Source: Trichomonas gallinae (lineage: Eukaryota). Taken from it: a stretch of DNA of 20,000 bases. The stretch's first letter is position 1; the number at the start of each line of letters is the position of its first letter. The notes below the pieces were generated by a model. The model was not told where the DNA came from. It made no database searches and saw nothing but the letters and a program-made list of their open reading frames with translations. The stretch covers positions 58,412-78,411 of the forward strand of contig MRSU01006864.1 in the NCBI GenBank assembly GCA_008369845.1, given 5' to 3'. Positions 1 to 9,248 of the stretch are shown one piece after another. The translations under genes and the position numbers were made by a program.

Positions 1-753
1 TTGTATGCAAAAACAGAAGAAAAAGTCATATTATGTGATAATGGGCTAGTTTTATCAACATATCTTCATTTTCCACAACCAAATAATCCAAATCAGCAAT
101 TAAAAACGACAATATTTGAAGGATACTTTATTAACAATCCAGAAACATTCATAGTATGTGACACACTATTATTCAATGGTGAAAATGTTAGAGACGAGCA
201 TTATGACGTGCGAATTGGATATTTAACAGAATATTTGTTTGAAGAGCGCGCAAAATATCCACAGATATTGCAGAATGAATCAATAAAACTAATGGTGCGG
301 CCATTTTTCCCATTTAAATCAATAAATCAACTGCTAAAAAAGATCGATAGCATTGTTCCATACAAAGTTGATGGCGTATCTATTGGCCCGCTGAACGCGT
401 CATGGTCACAAGATAAGAAGGAAACAGGCTGGTACCAATGGAAGATAAATTTACCAAAGCCCACAGTGATTTTATCATTAAACTACGCAAATAATGAACT
501 GTGTGGAATGATGTCTATGCATGGAGGACTTGCGAAAGCGCTGTCTCTTGGAATAATAGATAAAAGCAGTGTCCAACTTGATGGAGCTGTCGCGCAAATT
601 GCTTTTGATGCAACAAGCAATAAATTTGTTTTAAATCAAATACCATCAGACGAAAGTGTTTGGTCATTTGAGAAATTTGAAGAAGCATTTCCAGTCGATG
701 AGGCTCCAATCCCATACGAAGTATTTGTTCAGCTGACAGATGGAGTTTATTAG
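1..753 (+). CDS. mRNA-capping guanylyltransferase-like protein, divergent, 5' end truncated by the window edge
   Basis: The frame is open from base 1 to TAG at 751-753. Motifs occur in the order of covalent nucleotidyltransferases: TIFEGYF (III-like), FIVCDTLLFNG followed by YDVR (IIIa), YKVDGVSIGP (IV) and WYQWK (V), then a probable OB-fold segment. Motif I (KxDG) is not in the window. Confidence 0.7.
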   Translation: MYAKTEEKVILCDNGLVLSTYLHFPQPNNPNQQLKTTIFEGYFINNPETFIVCDTLLFNGENVRDEHYDVRIGYLTEYLFEERAKYPQILQNESIKLMVRPFFPFKSINQLLKKIDSIVPYKVDGVSIGPLNASWSQDKKETGWYQWKINLPKPTVILSLNYANNELCGMMSMHGGLAKALSLGIIDKSSVQLDGAVAQIAFDATSNKFVLNQIPSDESVWSFEKFEEAFPVDEAPIPYEVFVQLTDGVY

Positions 754-959
754 ATGTATATGTATTTTTTATTTGTTTGTTTTTAAAATTTTTATAATGT
801 TTTTTAATTTTTCAAGAAACAGCACAAATTGATGTGAGTTTTATAACTTTTTCTATAATTCGACAACTAAAAGATATGATGAACAATATATTTATAGCTG
901 ATGATGATGAATAAGCATCTTGCACATTTGATAATATAACTCCAATATGATAAAATATC

Positions 960-1210
960 ATCGTAGAATATTTTTGACAATATTTTTGGCACTTTACATT
1001 ATATTTGACAACATTTTTGTCATTTTTCACAATTTTTTTAATTTTTGACGATACTTTTGACACTTTACAAAATAACTGTCATTTTGGTTTATTTTGGATA
1101 TTTGACGAATTTTGACACTTTACATAATATTTGTCATTTTACAATATTTTTTGTCGTTTTGATGTATTTTTGACATTTTACAACATATTTGACACTTTAC
1201 GAGGTGTCAA
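960..1210. repeat. Degenerate short tandem repeat region (ATATTTTTGACA / TTTGACACTTTAC-type units)
   Basis: Many imperfect copies of tttgac/tttgtc with acttta(c)a and atattt between about 965 and 1200, e.g. tttgacactttac near 1058, 1111 and 1188. Confidence 0.7.
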
Positions 1211-1233
1211 TTTTTGAAATAACAACGATAATT

Positions 1234-1241
1234 GTCACTTT
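1234..1241 (+). promoter_or_regulatory. Initiator-like element TCACT, overlapping GTCACTTT (reverse complement of the trichomonad AAAGTGAC motif)
   Basis: gTCACTTT lies about 17 nt upstream of the ATG at 1258 and matches the T. vaginalis Inr consensus TCA(Y)(W). Confidence 0.55.
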
Positions 1242-1257
1242 TCGATAAAAACACACA

Positions 1258-2307
1258 ATGAACTCTACATTTTCGATTTCTTCACCTATACGTCATTCAG
1301 CGAGTGAAGCTCATCAGTCTCCGACGGTTAAAGCCAGAACGATGAGTGGCACAATGACTTACACGCTTAAACAGCATCCAACGACTACATTTATACTTCC
1401 ACTTAAAGATACATATAAAAATCTTGCGAAACTGATACATCAGTACTCAGTCGAATGTTATTTGTCGGAAACTATGCCAGAAATGGCTACACAGTTCGTT
1501 TTAGTCTCAAAATCTTTTGAGCACTTTATGGAACTCGCGAACCAGTTCTATCAAGGCGTAAATTTATCACCTAGAGGAAGAACGTCGCTAAGAACTTCCG
1601 CTCTTCAAGTCGCAGCTCGAGCTCTAATCGAGAACTGGATGGAATTCATAGACATTATGAACGATGTGTTTCATCATGGATTATCTTTCTTCTACCAACT
1701 GATTCCTAGGTACTTTGCAGCTGTCAATGAAGACTTAAACATTACATTAGAATCATTCAAATCTTATTCTTACAAAACAGACGTTCCTGCCGGTGCAATT
1801 AGGAGACTGAAGGATGAGGTATACAACCTACAAGATGTTGGCGCCTACATTTGCAAACAGTGCCAGCCAAAATATTGTCCGAATTTGGAAGACGGTGAGT
1901 TCCTCAAAACAGCGAAGAAGTTCATAGATAGAATATTTAAGTTCTTCTCTGTCACATTGCCTAAGCAAACAATCACATCTGGGCAAGTTTTCAAGTGCCG
2001 CTCCAGAATTAATGCAAGCTGCGGCGAGTTAGAGGCTGTGATTAAAGGAGCAATGAAATTCAAGGACTTATCCGAAGAAGTTAAAGCCCAGATTATAGAA
2101 GTTAACAAAGGAATGGATTTGATCCTCACGCAGATGGAATTTCCTTTTGGTCTGCAACTTGATGTTATATTCGATGAAGGATATGAGGAGCCCGTTGACA
2201 GAGATGTATCAAATGATGTTGCTAAAGAAAAAATCGATGCACTTAAGCATCAAATTAGAGAAGCAAGCAACGCAATTGATAATGCTCAGATCTTGTTGAA
2301 TCAATAA
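1258..2307 (+). CDS. Hypothetical protein (349 aa), probably largely alpha-helical, with a C-terminal coiled-coil-like tail
   Basis: Long ATG-initiated ORF, more GC-rich than its flanks, with an upstream Inr-like motif. No domain recognised. Confidence 0.85.
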   Translation: MNSTFSISSPIRHSASEAHQSPTVKARTMSGTMTYTLKQHPTTTFILPLKDTYKNLAKLIHQYSVECYLSETMPEMATQFVLVSKSFEHFMELANQFYQGVNLSPRGRTSLRTSALQVAARALIENWMEFIDIMNDVFHHGLSFFYQLIPRYFAAVNEDLNITLESFKSYSYKTDVPAGAIRRLKDEVYNLQDVGAYICKQCQPKYCPNLEDGEFLKTAKKFIDRIFKFFSVTLPKQTITSGQVFKCRSRINASCGELEAVIKGAMKFKDLSEEVKAQIIEVNKGMDLILTQMEFPFGLQLDVIFDEGYEEPVDRDVSNDVAKEKIDALKHQIREASNAIDNAQILLNQ

Positions 2308-2582
2308 CTTATCATGTTTGTAATTTAAAAATATTTGTGTATATATTCTCTAAGATCATCTATGTTTTTTTGTTTTATTCAAAAGAGGATGTTCGAATTG
2401 GCCGTTTAGTGTTGATTTTGGATGTACATTCGCTAAAAAAATTGCAATAAGTAGAAAAATATTGTTACACTATGATATATCCTGTAAAGCCTCTAGAATT
2501 TGTTACAAGCTTTAATACTAATAACTAATGATGACAGTTTGGAGAGTATAATCATAAGTATATTACGACACTGATTAATTTT

Positions 2583-2840
2583 GGAGTCAATCAACAGAAA
2601 AGAAATAGCAATGGAAGAATTGCATCTAATTATATTCATTTTGGGTAAACACCATTGATATATATGCAACCAAAATGAACAAAATTAGATCTGATTTGAA
2701 GCTGATCGAAATGGGAATAAATACGGATAAATTTGGCAAAACTCCATTAATGTATGCTGCTATTTAGACACAATATTATTACCATCAAAAACTTGATTTG
2801 ATGCATAAGATATGAATGGAGAAACCATATTGGCTGTGAG
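2583..2840 (+). pseudogene. Ankyrin-repeat gene remnant
   Basis: Manual translation gives GVNQQKRNSNGRIASNYIHFG*TPLIY (from 2583), LIEMGINTDKFGKTPLMYAAI* (2702-2767) and DA*DMNGETILAV (from 2800). These match the ankyrin consensus D-x-x-G-x-T-P-L-x-x-A but carry stops and frameshifts. Confidence 0.75.
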
Positions 2841-3585
2841 TAAAAAGTATTAGAGATGCAGATAATGAACCGTAGAATTGCATATCGTTGAAAAATTATG
2901 ACGATAGCTCAGCTTAATTATAATTTAAACCATTCTTTTTTTCTCATGAAATAACAGGTAAACAAAACTAAATTAACATTATTTTTTCAGAGAAAAGACT
3001 GTAAAACCATAATTTCACCAGATTATTGATATCTTTGCATGTTTTTTGAAGATCTCCCTGTGCAAATGTGGGGAAAATTATCGATTTTATTGCTGCATTC
3101 AAATTTCCATTTTATTGAGCATTATCATTAATAATTATCATCCACTATCAATGCGATTTAGAATTAACATGTTTTTGATGACTGTGCATAAAAAGTTTAT
3201 TTCAAAATCGAAGGTTGTTCGACTTAAAATTATTTATAATATCATGAGATATTATATATGATATCATTAAATAGAATTTCATCGGTGATTTGAAGACAAA
3301 AAAAATCTTATTGAAATTTTTTGATTTAATTAATATAAAATGATCAATATCATGATTAATTTCAAATAACTTAAGGATAATTTTTAAATTCAAAATTTCG
3401 TTATTCAACCTTTGTTAAAATTTTTGATGTATATATGATAACATATAATTTGTATTCGGTGACAAAATTTATCAGTATAGAATTGAATTTTAAAACCACG
3501 TGGAAATGATTGCTTATGTGTTATGCATAATGATTTTTAGGAGCAATTTTCCAGCTTTTGTGAGAGATAAGTTTTTTTCATAGAG

Positions 3586-3590
3586 TCATT
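3586..3590 (+). promoter_or_regulatory. Initiator-like element TCATT
   Basis: About 22 nt upstream of the kinase ATG at 3612. The motif is short, so a chance match is possible. Confidence 0.4.
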
Positions 3591-3611
3591 GAAACTTCAA
3601 AATAAAACATT

Positions 3612-4610
3612 ATGGAAGCATCAACAGAAGATACATTCATTGTGCCAAGAGTCATTGGCAAGTATAAAGTCATTAGGAACATAGGAAATGGAGGATTTGC
3701 TAAAGTTGTCCTAGCATCAGATTCAAAAACAGAAAAATTATACGCGATCAAGGTAGTTTCAAGGGACCAAATTGTTAAGCTAGGATTACTTAATTATTTA
3801 GAAAACGAACTTCGCCTTTCTGCAAGATTTGATCACCCGAATATTGTTAAAATTTACGATATCATATATTTGAAAGATGTTATCTGCATTGTTATGGAAT
3901 TTCTTTCCAATGGTGATCTCCAGACACTAATAGCAAGTGGTTTTACGTTTTCATATCCTGAACAAGTCAGAATCATGAAAGAATTACTTTCTGGTCTATC
4001 ATATCTGCATAAACGAGGAATTTCTCATCGAGACATTAAACCAGAAAACGTATTATTCGATCAAGATTTTCATCCAAAATTAATTGATTTTGGCCTTTCA
4101 AGGGAAAATTCTTCAAGTATGAAGACATGCTGTGGTACTATTTTATACATGGCTCCGGAGATTATTTGTCCAAATTCAGGTTATGATGGAATGAAGTCTG
4201 ATATTTGGTCATTTGCAGTTACATTCCATCTCCTATGTAACAAAAATTACCCATGGGACAAGCACAGTGAGATTCAGTTGATGAAAGATGTCAAAAGCAA
4301 TTCACTTCAACTTAGGATTCTTTCTAATGGTATTATTGGAAAGATATTATCTATGTGCCTGAATTTTGACCCTTCTGAAAGACCAACGGCTCAAAAATTA
4401 ATTGAAATTATTGAAGATTATCAGGAACAGTTGACAAAATTCATAGGAGGTAATTTTCCACGCAAAACATGTGATGGATCGTCTTTACCTAGGTTGAATA
4501 TTAAGAATCCATTCAATCTTTTAGCTGCATCAAGGAATTCAAGACTGTTCGCTTCGAATATCGCTTGGAAGATCAATAGTTTATCCAATATCACATTTGC
4601 AACTGTTTAA
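3612..4610 (+). CDS. Ser/Thr protein kinase, CAMK group
   Basis: Complete catalytic motifs: GNGGFAKV, YAIK, HPNIV, HRDIKPEN, DFG, TCCGT..YMAPE and DIWS. Confidence 0.96.
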   Translation: MEASTEDTFIVPRVIGKYKVIRNIGNGGFAKVVLASDSKTEKLYAIKVVSRDQIVKLGLLNYLENELRLSARFDHPNIVKIYDIIYLKDVICIVMEFLSNGDLQTLIASGFTFSYPEQVRIMKELLSGLSYLHKRGISHRDIKPENVLFDQDFHPKLIDFGLSRENSSSMKTCCGTILYMAPEIICPNSGYDGMKSDIWSFAVTFHLLCNKNYPWDKHSEIQLMKDVKSNSLQLRILSNGIIGKILSMCLNFDPSERPTAQKLIEIIEDYQEQLTKFIGGNFPRKTCDGSSLPRLNIKNPFNLLAASRNSRLFASNIAWKINSLSNITFATV

Positions 4611-4830
4611 CTTGTTATTTTGTTTTGAATTTATAAAATGTTTAGAAATATTATCGAAACCAATGTGTTTTAATTATATAATACGATATTTTATGTCATA
4701 ATCTTATCATATATATGTTTAAATTTGTCATCATAGCAAAATATTATTGATTCAAAAATTTCTGTAAAATTCCATAGATTTTAACAGAAATATAAATTAT
4801 TTATGTAATAATAAGCATATACTAACTATT

Positions 4831-5112
4831 TTACAGCTCATCGATGATGACTGGTTGAACTTCTGTTGTTTCTTCTTCGTTTTGGCTCTCTTCGAATTCA
4901 TCAAGACTATCATCCGACATTATCATGACTTCCTTCAGTGGAACATCATCAGCGAGGTGTCTGCCACAACATAAATAAAAGAAAAGAGAGATGAGGCTCA
5001 AAACTATCAGCGAAACAGTTGGAATGGCTATTTTACTTGCCTGATTGAAATTAATGGGAACTACAGGCTCACCTGCGGCACTGCTGCCAAATACAAGCAA
5101 CAATGATATCAT
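4831..5112 (-). CDS. Small single-pass membrane protein (signal peptide, TM helix, acidic cytosolic tail)
   Basis: The 93-aa ORF has a hydrophobic N-terminus (MISLLLVFGSSAA), a TM segment (IAIPTVSLIVLSLISLFFYL) followed by CC, and an acidic tail. GC content is coding-like and the stop overlaps TAAA. Confidence 0.8.
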   Translation of the reverse strand: MISLLLVFGSSAAGEPVVPINFNQASKIAIPTVSLIVLSLISLFFYLCCGRHLADDVPLKEVMIMSDDSLDEFEESQNEEETTEVQPVIIDEL

Positions 5113-5133
5113 TTTTTAACAGCATTCAAAAAT

Positions 5134-5142
5134 CAACGGTTT
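5134..5142 (-). promoter_or_regulatory. Myb-recognition-like core promoter motif (T. vaginalis M3-type, DRCSGYTD)
   Basis: AACCGTTG on the minus strand (AACGGTTT on plus), about 22-30 nt upstream of the ATG at 5112. AAAAGTGAC copies also occur further upstream, near 5217 and 5246. Confidence 0.5.
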
Positions 5143-5604
5143 TGGCACTTTTGGAAAACGAAATTCTAAAAATCATTGTTATAATCTTATAAATATTTTT
5201 TATTAATCCAAAATGTGTCACTTTTTGTCGAAATTATCCAATTTTGTCACTTTTTTGAAAATCCAGAATTATTAGATGCACGAATTTACGAATGAAATAA
5301 AAATAGGTATAAAAATTAGGACCCCCTCCACCTTTTCAAATCGGCTCGAAACCATGAACATAGGGATACATGGTCTCTAACAGTAACTTTCCTCGCTTTA
5401 CAGCTTTAATATTGACTTCACAATATGGCCATTATGATTTTTAAAATATAGTCGAATGATATTGTTGCCAATCAGAAAATATATTTCAAATAATCATACG
5501 CATTATATCAGTTCTCTGAATTGGCTACAAACACAAAATATTCATATTATGGTGTAAAAAATAGTTGAATAAAATACAAATTAAAATCTTTATTTTTCTC
5601 TCTA

Positions 5605-8598
5605 TTATGTTATATTCTTTCTGAACTTGTCAATGTTGAATTCGTTTCCGGCTAAAATTTGCGAAACAGTTTCAAGGTTGACATTTCTGGCAACATTTAA
5701 CAGTTCGTTCAGCAAATCATGCCCAATTAAATTAATAATGAATTGCGATGACCCAAATACTGCAACAGCCGCTTTAACCATCACATCGCTGTCAATTCCA
5801 GCGAGTTTAGGTGCTGCCAGCGCATAAAAGGCGACGTCTTCTTCGTCGCACGGCGGGGGCATCTTCTTGAATGCAGCGTCCAAAATTGATGAATCAAAAT
5901 TCACACCATTTGCTGTTAGACATATTACAGCGAGTGCAGCATTAGATGACACCATGTTAGATGAACTTGTGATATTCTCTGATATCTGCTGAGCGAAAAA
6001 CTCCAAACTTTCGCCAAAAACTGACAAATTCCCACTAACAATTGAACTGGTAATTGCAATGATTGCAAATATGTTTCCTTTCATTTCGTTTGTTATTGCT
6101 CTGGCATTCTCCATTGTCTGCCTCAGCCTGCCTATAACTTCGCCGCAGAGTTCGCCTAATGTATCATGGAAGACGAAAATCAGCCTCGACAAACATAGCA
6201 AGGACAAAATTTTCGTTGAATCATGTTGTGTCGACGAAATTTCGATCAGCGGCTGAATGAACTGGCTGCAGTCTGACCTCTGCGCAAGTCCACCGAGAAT
6301 GAAGCACTTCACGAAATAGAAGAATGATGAAGAAATTTCTCTTTCTATAAAATTCTTCTCGTCCAAGTAGTTCTCGTTTTGTCCAGATAAAATTTCTAAA
6401 ATAAAATCATGCAATCTTCCAACAACTTCGTCGCTGACGTTTGCACCGCAATTTGCAATGACAAATGCAAGAGAGGACAGCAGAGAATTGACTAGATCGA
6501 TATCAGACGATGTTCCCATAGTAGCGTAAATACTTGAAATGATATTCTCAGGATTGTACCTTAAAACGACTAAACCTTGTATAATGTCTCTTACTGAGTC
6601 TGCTGCAAAGCTGACTTTTTGCTCACTTTCGTCCGTCAGCCAGTTGCAGATGAAATTAACAACAGATTCAACGAAATTCTGGAGTTGAACTGGGCAAACT
6701 GAAATCATTGATGATAGGCAGGCTAATATACATCCCTGCACTACAATAGAGTTCTCCTCGTTCTCCATTGCCTTTTCGTCATCTGTTAATAATGTATTTC
6801 CACTGATATCATTGACTAAGAATGGATAAAGGCTCTCAAACAGCTGTGGAATGAATGGTTCTAGTGTTGTTGGCATGACAATTGCGATGTTTCTAAGAGA
6901 TTCTGCAATTGATCTTGTAGTTTCGATGTTTTCTGGTGTAATGAAGCCAGCCATGGACTCAAGGAATGCTGGAAGGTCTGGATTGGCGAGTTGTGGTGCC
7001 ATCTTGCATAAATAACTGAAGCATTCGAAACAAACTCCTTTAAAATCGCTCTCTTTGATCAAAGCGACGAGAACATCCCTTATATCCACATAAAAGGCCG
7101 ATCCATCACCAGAGAAGTGAGAAATTACCTGTGTTATGCATCCAATTAAGTCAGATAAATCATCTCCATTCTGAAAACCTTCTTGAATCAGTTGTACGAG
7201 TGCTGAAAGTACCTGTGATGCATCAGAGACACCGATTTCCGAGTTCTGGAGGATTTTCTGCAGCGATTTCAGTGATTCTTCGTTTTCATGCAATTGAATT
7301 AAAATTTCTGTAATGGAATCAATGAGATCTGTGAAGAATCCTGGCGACATCTCCGATATCTGCGCCATAGAAAGACACGTGGCACTGATTAAAACGTCGT
7401 CTTCCGAGCTTAAACATTTAATAAAAACATCATTGATTATATCTTGCGCGAAATCGTTCAATCCGACATTTGCACCTTCAGAAAGATAGCCAAACATCTG
7501 AACTAAGACTTGGATCAAGATAATATCAGGAGAATCTTCCTCGAGGTTTGTTTGAGCTGCAGCTAGGATTTCTGATATGAGAATAGGCGCGATATCTTCA
7601 TCCGATGCAAGAATAGTGTATAAAACGTCTGTAAAGTGAGGTTCGAAATTTTCTCGCCCTTCTTGCATGCATTGTGCTACTGTTAAGTTGATTGTTGCTG
7701 GAATCAACTCTTCTATGAATGGTTCGCACATCTTAGGATTCTGATTTAAGACTGTATTTAAGATTCCCAAACAATCTAAGCGAATCTTCCAAGATAATTC
7801 CTCATTGAAGAATGATTCGTATATAATATGGTAAATCTGCTTGAATGATGGCTCTAAAACTTCAAATCCTGAATCTGATCTGATCATATAAGAAATTGTT
7901 TCTGTAACTTGTGATCTTTCGTCATCTGATGCACCCCCAAGAATTGCACGGTGGAATTCAGCCTGCAAAGCAGCATGAAATTCGCCATTTTCCTTGAAAA
8001 TATCGATATTGCATTGTCTTTCGAGTAAACTTAAAAATAAGCCTAAACCGAGAATTCTCACGTTAGGTCTATCTTCAATTTGCAGTGATGCTGTGATTGC
8101 TTGAAGTAATCCTGGAATAAATTGCGACATATGTTCTGCACTCATTTCTTTGTTGATATTGGACCAAAGAAGTAAGCCTGTTTGTATTTGTAAGGGATCT
8201 TGGATGAAAGCAGCAGCAACATCGATTAATTCTGGAAATCCTGGTGAAGGAATGAGTTTAGAGAGAAGCATTGTAGAAATATAGATATACCATTTCTTTG
8301 ATTCCTCAGACACCTCACTTTGAAGGCCCTGAATCGTCATCATTTTCAAATAATTTATTAATTCGTCCGGAATTTCTTTATTTTCGCTGAAAAGCGCGCG
8401 GATGATGTTTTTGATGCCTATGACTGAGATTTTTTGAACAAAAATGCTTTCGCTTTGTTGATTTAATTCGAACAACTCTTTGATAGTCTCTGGGTTCGAA
8501 TAAAGCTCTAAAAGAGTAGCTGTGACATCATTTACACCTTCGGCACCGGTTTCAAGAAGCCTGTAGCAATGAAGAAGGACTTCTTTAGTTGATGTCAT
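5605..8598 (-). CDS. Importin-beta/karyopherin-like HEAT-repeat protein (importin-4/5-like)
   Basis: 997-aa acidic helical protein with HEAT-like amphipathic repeats. It has an N-terminal IBN_N-like segment (VQKISVIGIKNII) and a C-terminal MPPPCDEED resembling the LP-x-x-x-D-x-x-E motif of importin-4/5. Confidence 0.75.
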   Translation of the reverse strand: MTSTKEVLLHCYRLLETGAEGVNDVTATLLELYSNPETIKELFELNQQSESIFVQKISVIGIKNIIRALFSENKEIPDELINYLKMMTIQGLQSEVSEESKKWYIYISTMLLSKLIPSPGFPELIDVAAAFIQDPLQIQTGLLLWSNINKEMSAEHMSQFIPGLLQAITASLQIEDRPNVRILGLGLFLSLLERQCNIDIFKENGEFHAALQAEFHRAILGGASDDERSQVTETISYMIRSDSGFEVLEPSFKQIYHIIYESFFNEELSWKIRLDCLGILNTVLNQNPKMCEPFIEELIPATINLTVAQCMQEGRENFEPHFTDVLYTILASDEDIAPILISEILAAAQTNLEEDSPDIILIQVLVQMFGYLSEGANVGLNDFAQDIINDVFIKCLSSEDDVLISATCLSMAQISEMSPGFFTDLIDSITEILIQLHENEESLKSLQKILQNSEIGVSDASQVLSALVQLIQEGFQNGDDLSDLIGCITQVISHFSGDGSAFYVDIRDVLVALIKESDFKGVCFECFSYLCKMAPQLANPDLPAFLESMAGFITPENIETTRSIAESLRNIAIVMPTTLEPFIPQLFESLYPFLVNDISGNTLLTDDEKAMENEENSIVVQGCILACLSSMISVCPVQLQNFVESVVNFICNWLTDESEQKVSFAADSVRDIIQGLVVLRYNPENIISSIYATMGTSSDIDLVNSLLSSLAFVIANCGANVSDEVVGRLHDFILEILSGQNENYLDEKNFIEREISSSFFYFVKCFILGGLAQRSDCSQFIQPLIEISSTQHDSTKILSLLCLSRLIFVFHDTLGELCGEVIGRLRQTMENARAITNEMKGNIFAIIAITSSIVSGNLSVFGESLEFFAQQISENITSSSNMVSSNAALAVICLTANGVNFDSSILDAAFKKMPPPCDEEDVAFYALAAPKLAGIDSDVMVKAAVAVFGSSQFIINLIGHDLLNELLNVARNVNLETVSQILAGNEFNIDKFRKNIT

Positions 8599-8626
8599 TG
8601 ATAAATCTAAGACACTTCGAAGAGTT

Positions 8627-8638
8627 TATGAAAAGTGA
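8627..8638 (-). promoter_or_regulatory. Tandem initiator-like motifs TCACT and TCATA
   Basis: The minus strand reads TCACTTTTCATA about 30-40 nt upstream of the ATG at 8598. Confidence 0.4.
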
Positions 8639-8994
8639 GAAATTTTGGATTATCTAATGATTAAATTTCATTATTTAATATATAATAAAATATTTTATAC
8701 ATTTTCCTATTATTATGTAATAATTACAATCCATTTTATTTATTATATATTATTTTTCTTTATGTAAGATTTTGCCGTGAAATAAGGTTAAAATAAGAAA
8801 AACACAAAAAGTCAAAAGCGTTAGAAATCCTAAATATAAGCTAAACACAACTAATTATAATGAAATTTCATAAAATCTTACCACAATTTTGAAAATTTAA
8901 GATATTATTATTTTTTGGTCAAAATTGATGTAAAAATTGCTGCAATATAATCTAAATATTGAGATTTTGTCTTAATTTTGAGATATTATTCGAA

Positions 8995-9015
8995 TTTTTT
9001 TTTTTTTTTTTTTTT
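8995..9015. repeat. Poly(T) homopolymer, 21 nt
   Basis: Directly visible. Confidence 0.95.
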
Positions 9016-9248
9016 CTGTAAAAATGAAATTATGCGAAACTATGAGGTATATAGCTAATATGGAAATGTCCAAATATATATATCGTTTTATTTTTCGTTA
9101 AACTTCAAGTTAACACATTGATGGATGAAAATTTGGTTGAAAATAAGAAATATTAGAAATAATAAGTTACCTATGTATTGTGATCTCGTGTACGAGCATA
9201 AAAAAATAATTAGATGACGAAATCTTGCCAATTGGTCTATTTGGACCT

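Noticed and set aside
812..1063. 83-aa minus-strand ORF
   Set aside because: Non-ATG start, and it arises from the low-complexity TTTGAC repeat region.
3046..3408. Two short overlapping ORFs (71 and 68 aa)
   Set aside because: Non-ATG starts, very AT-rich, and I/K/F/N-biased composition typical of spurious frames.
5385..5396. Minus-strand GAGGAAAGTT resembling the RNase P/MRP CR-I motif
   Set aside because: I found no complementary CR-V/P4 partner downstream, so an RNase P/MRP call is unsupported.
5627..7313. Short antisense or alternative-frame ORFs inside long genes (also 515-715, 1845-2129, 9764-10015, 18198-18395, 18878-19246)
   Set aside because: Shadow ORFs of genuine CDSs with no independent motifs.
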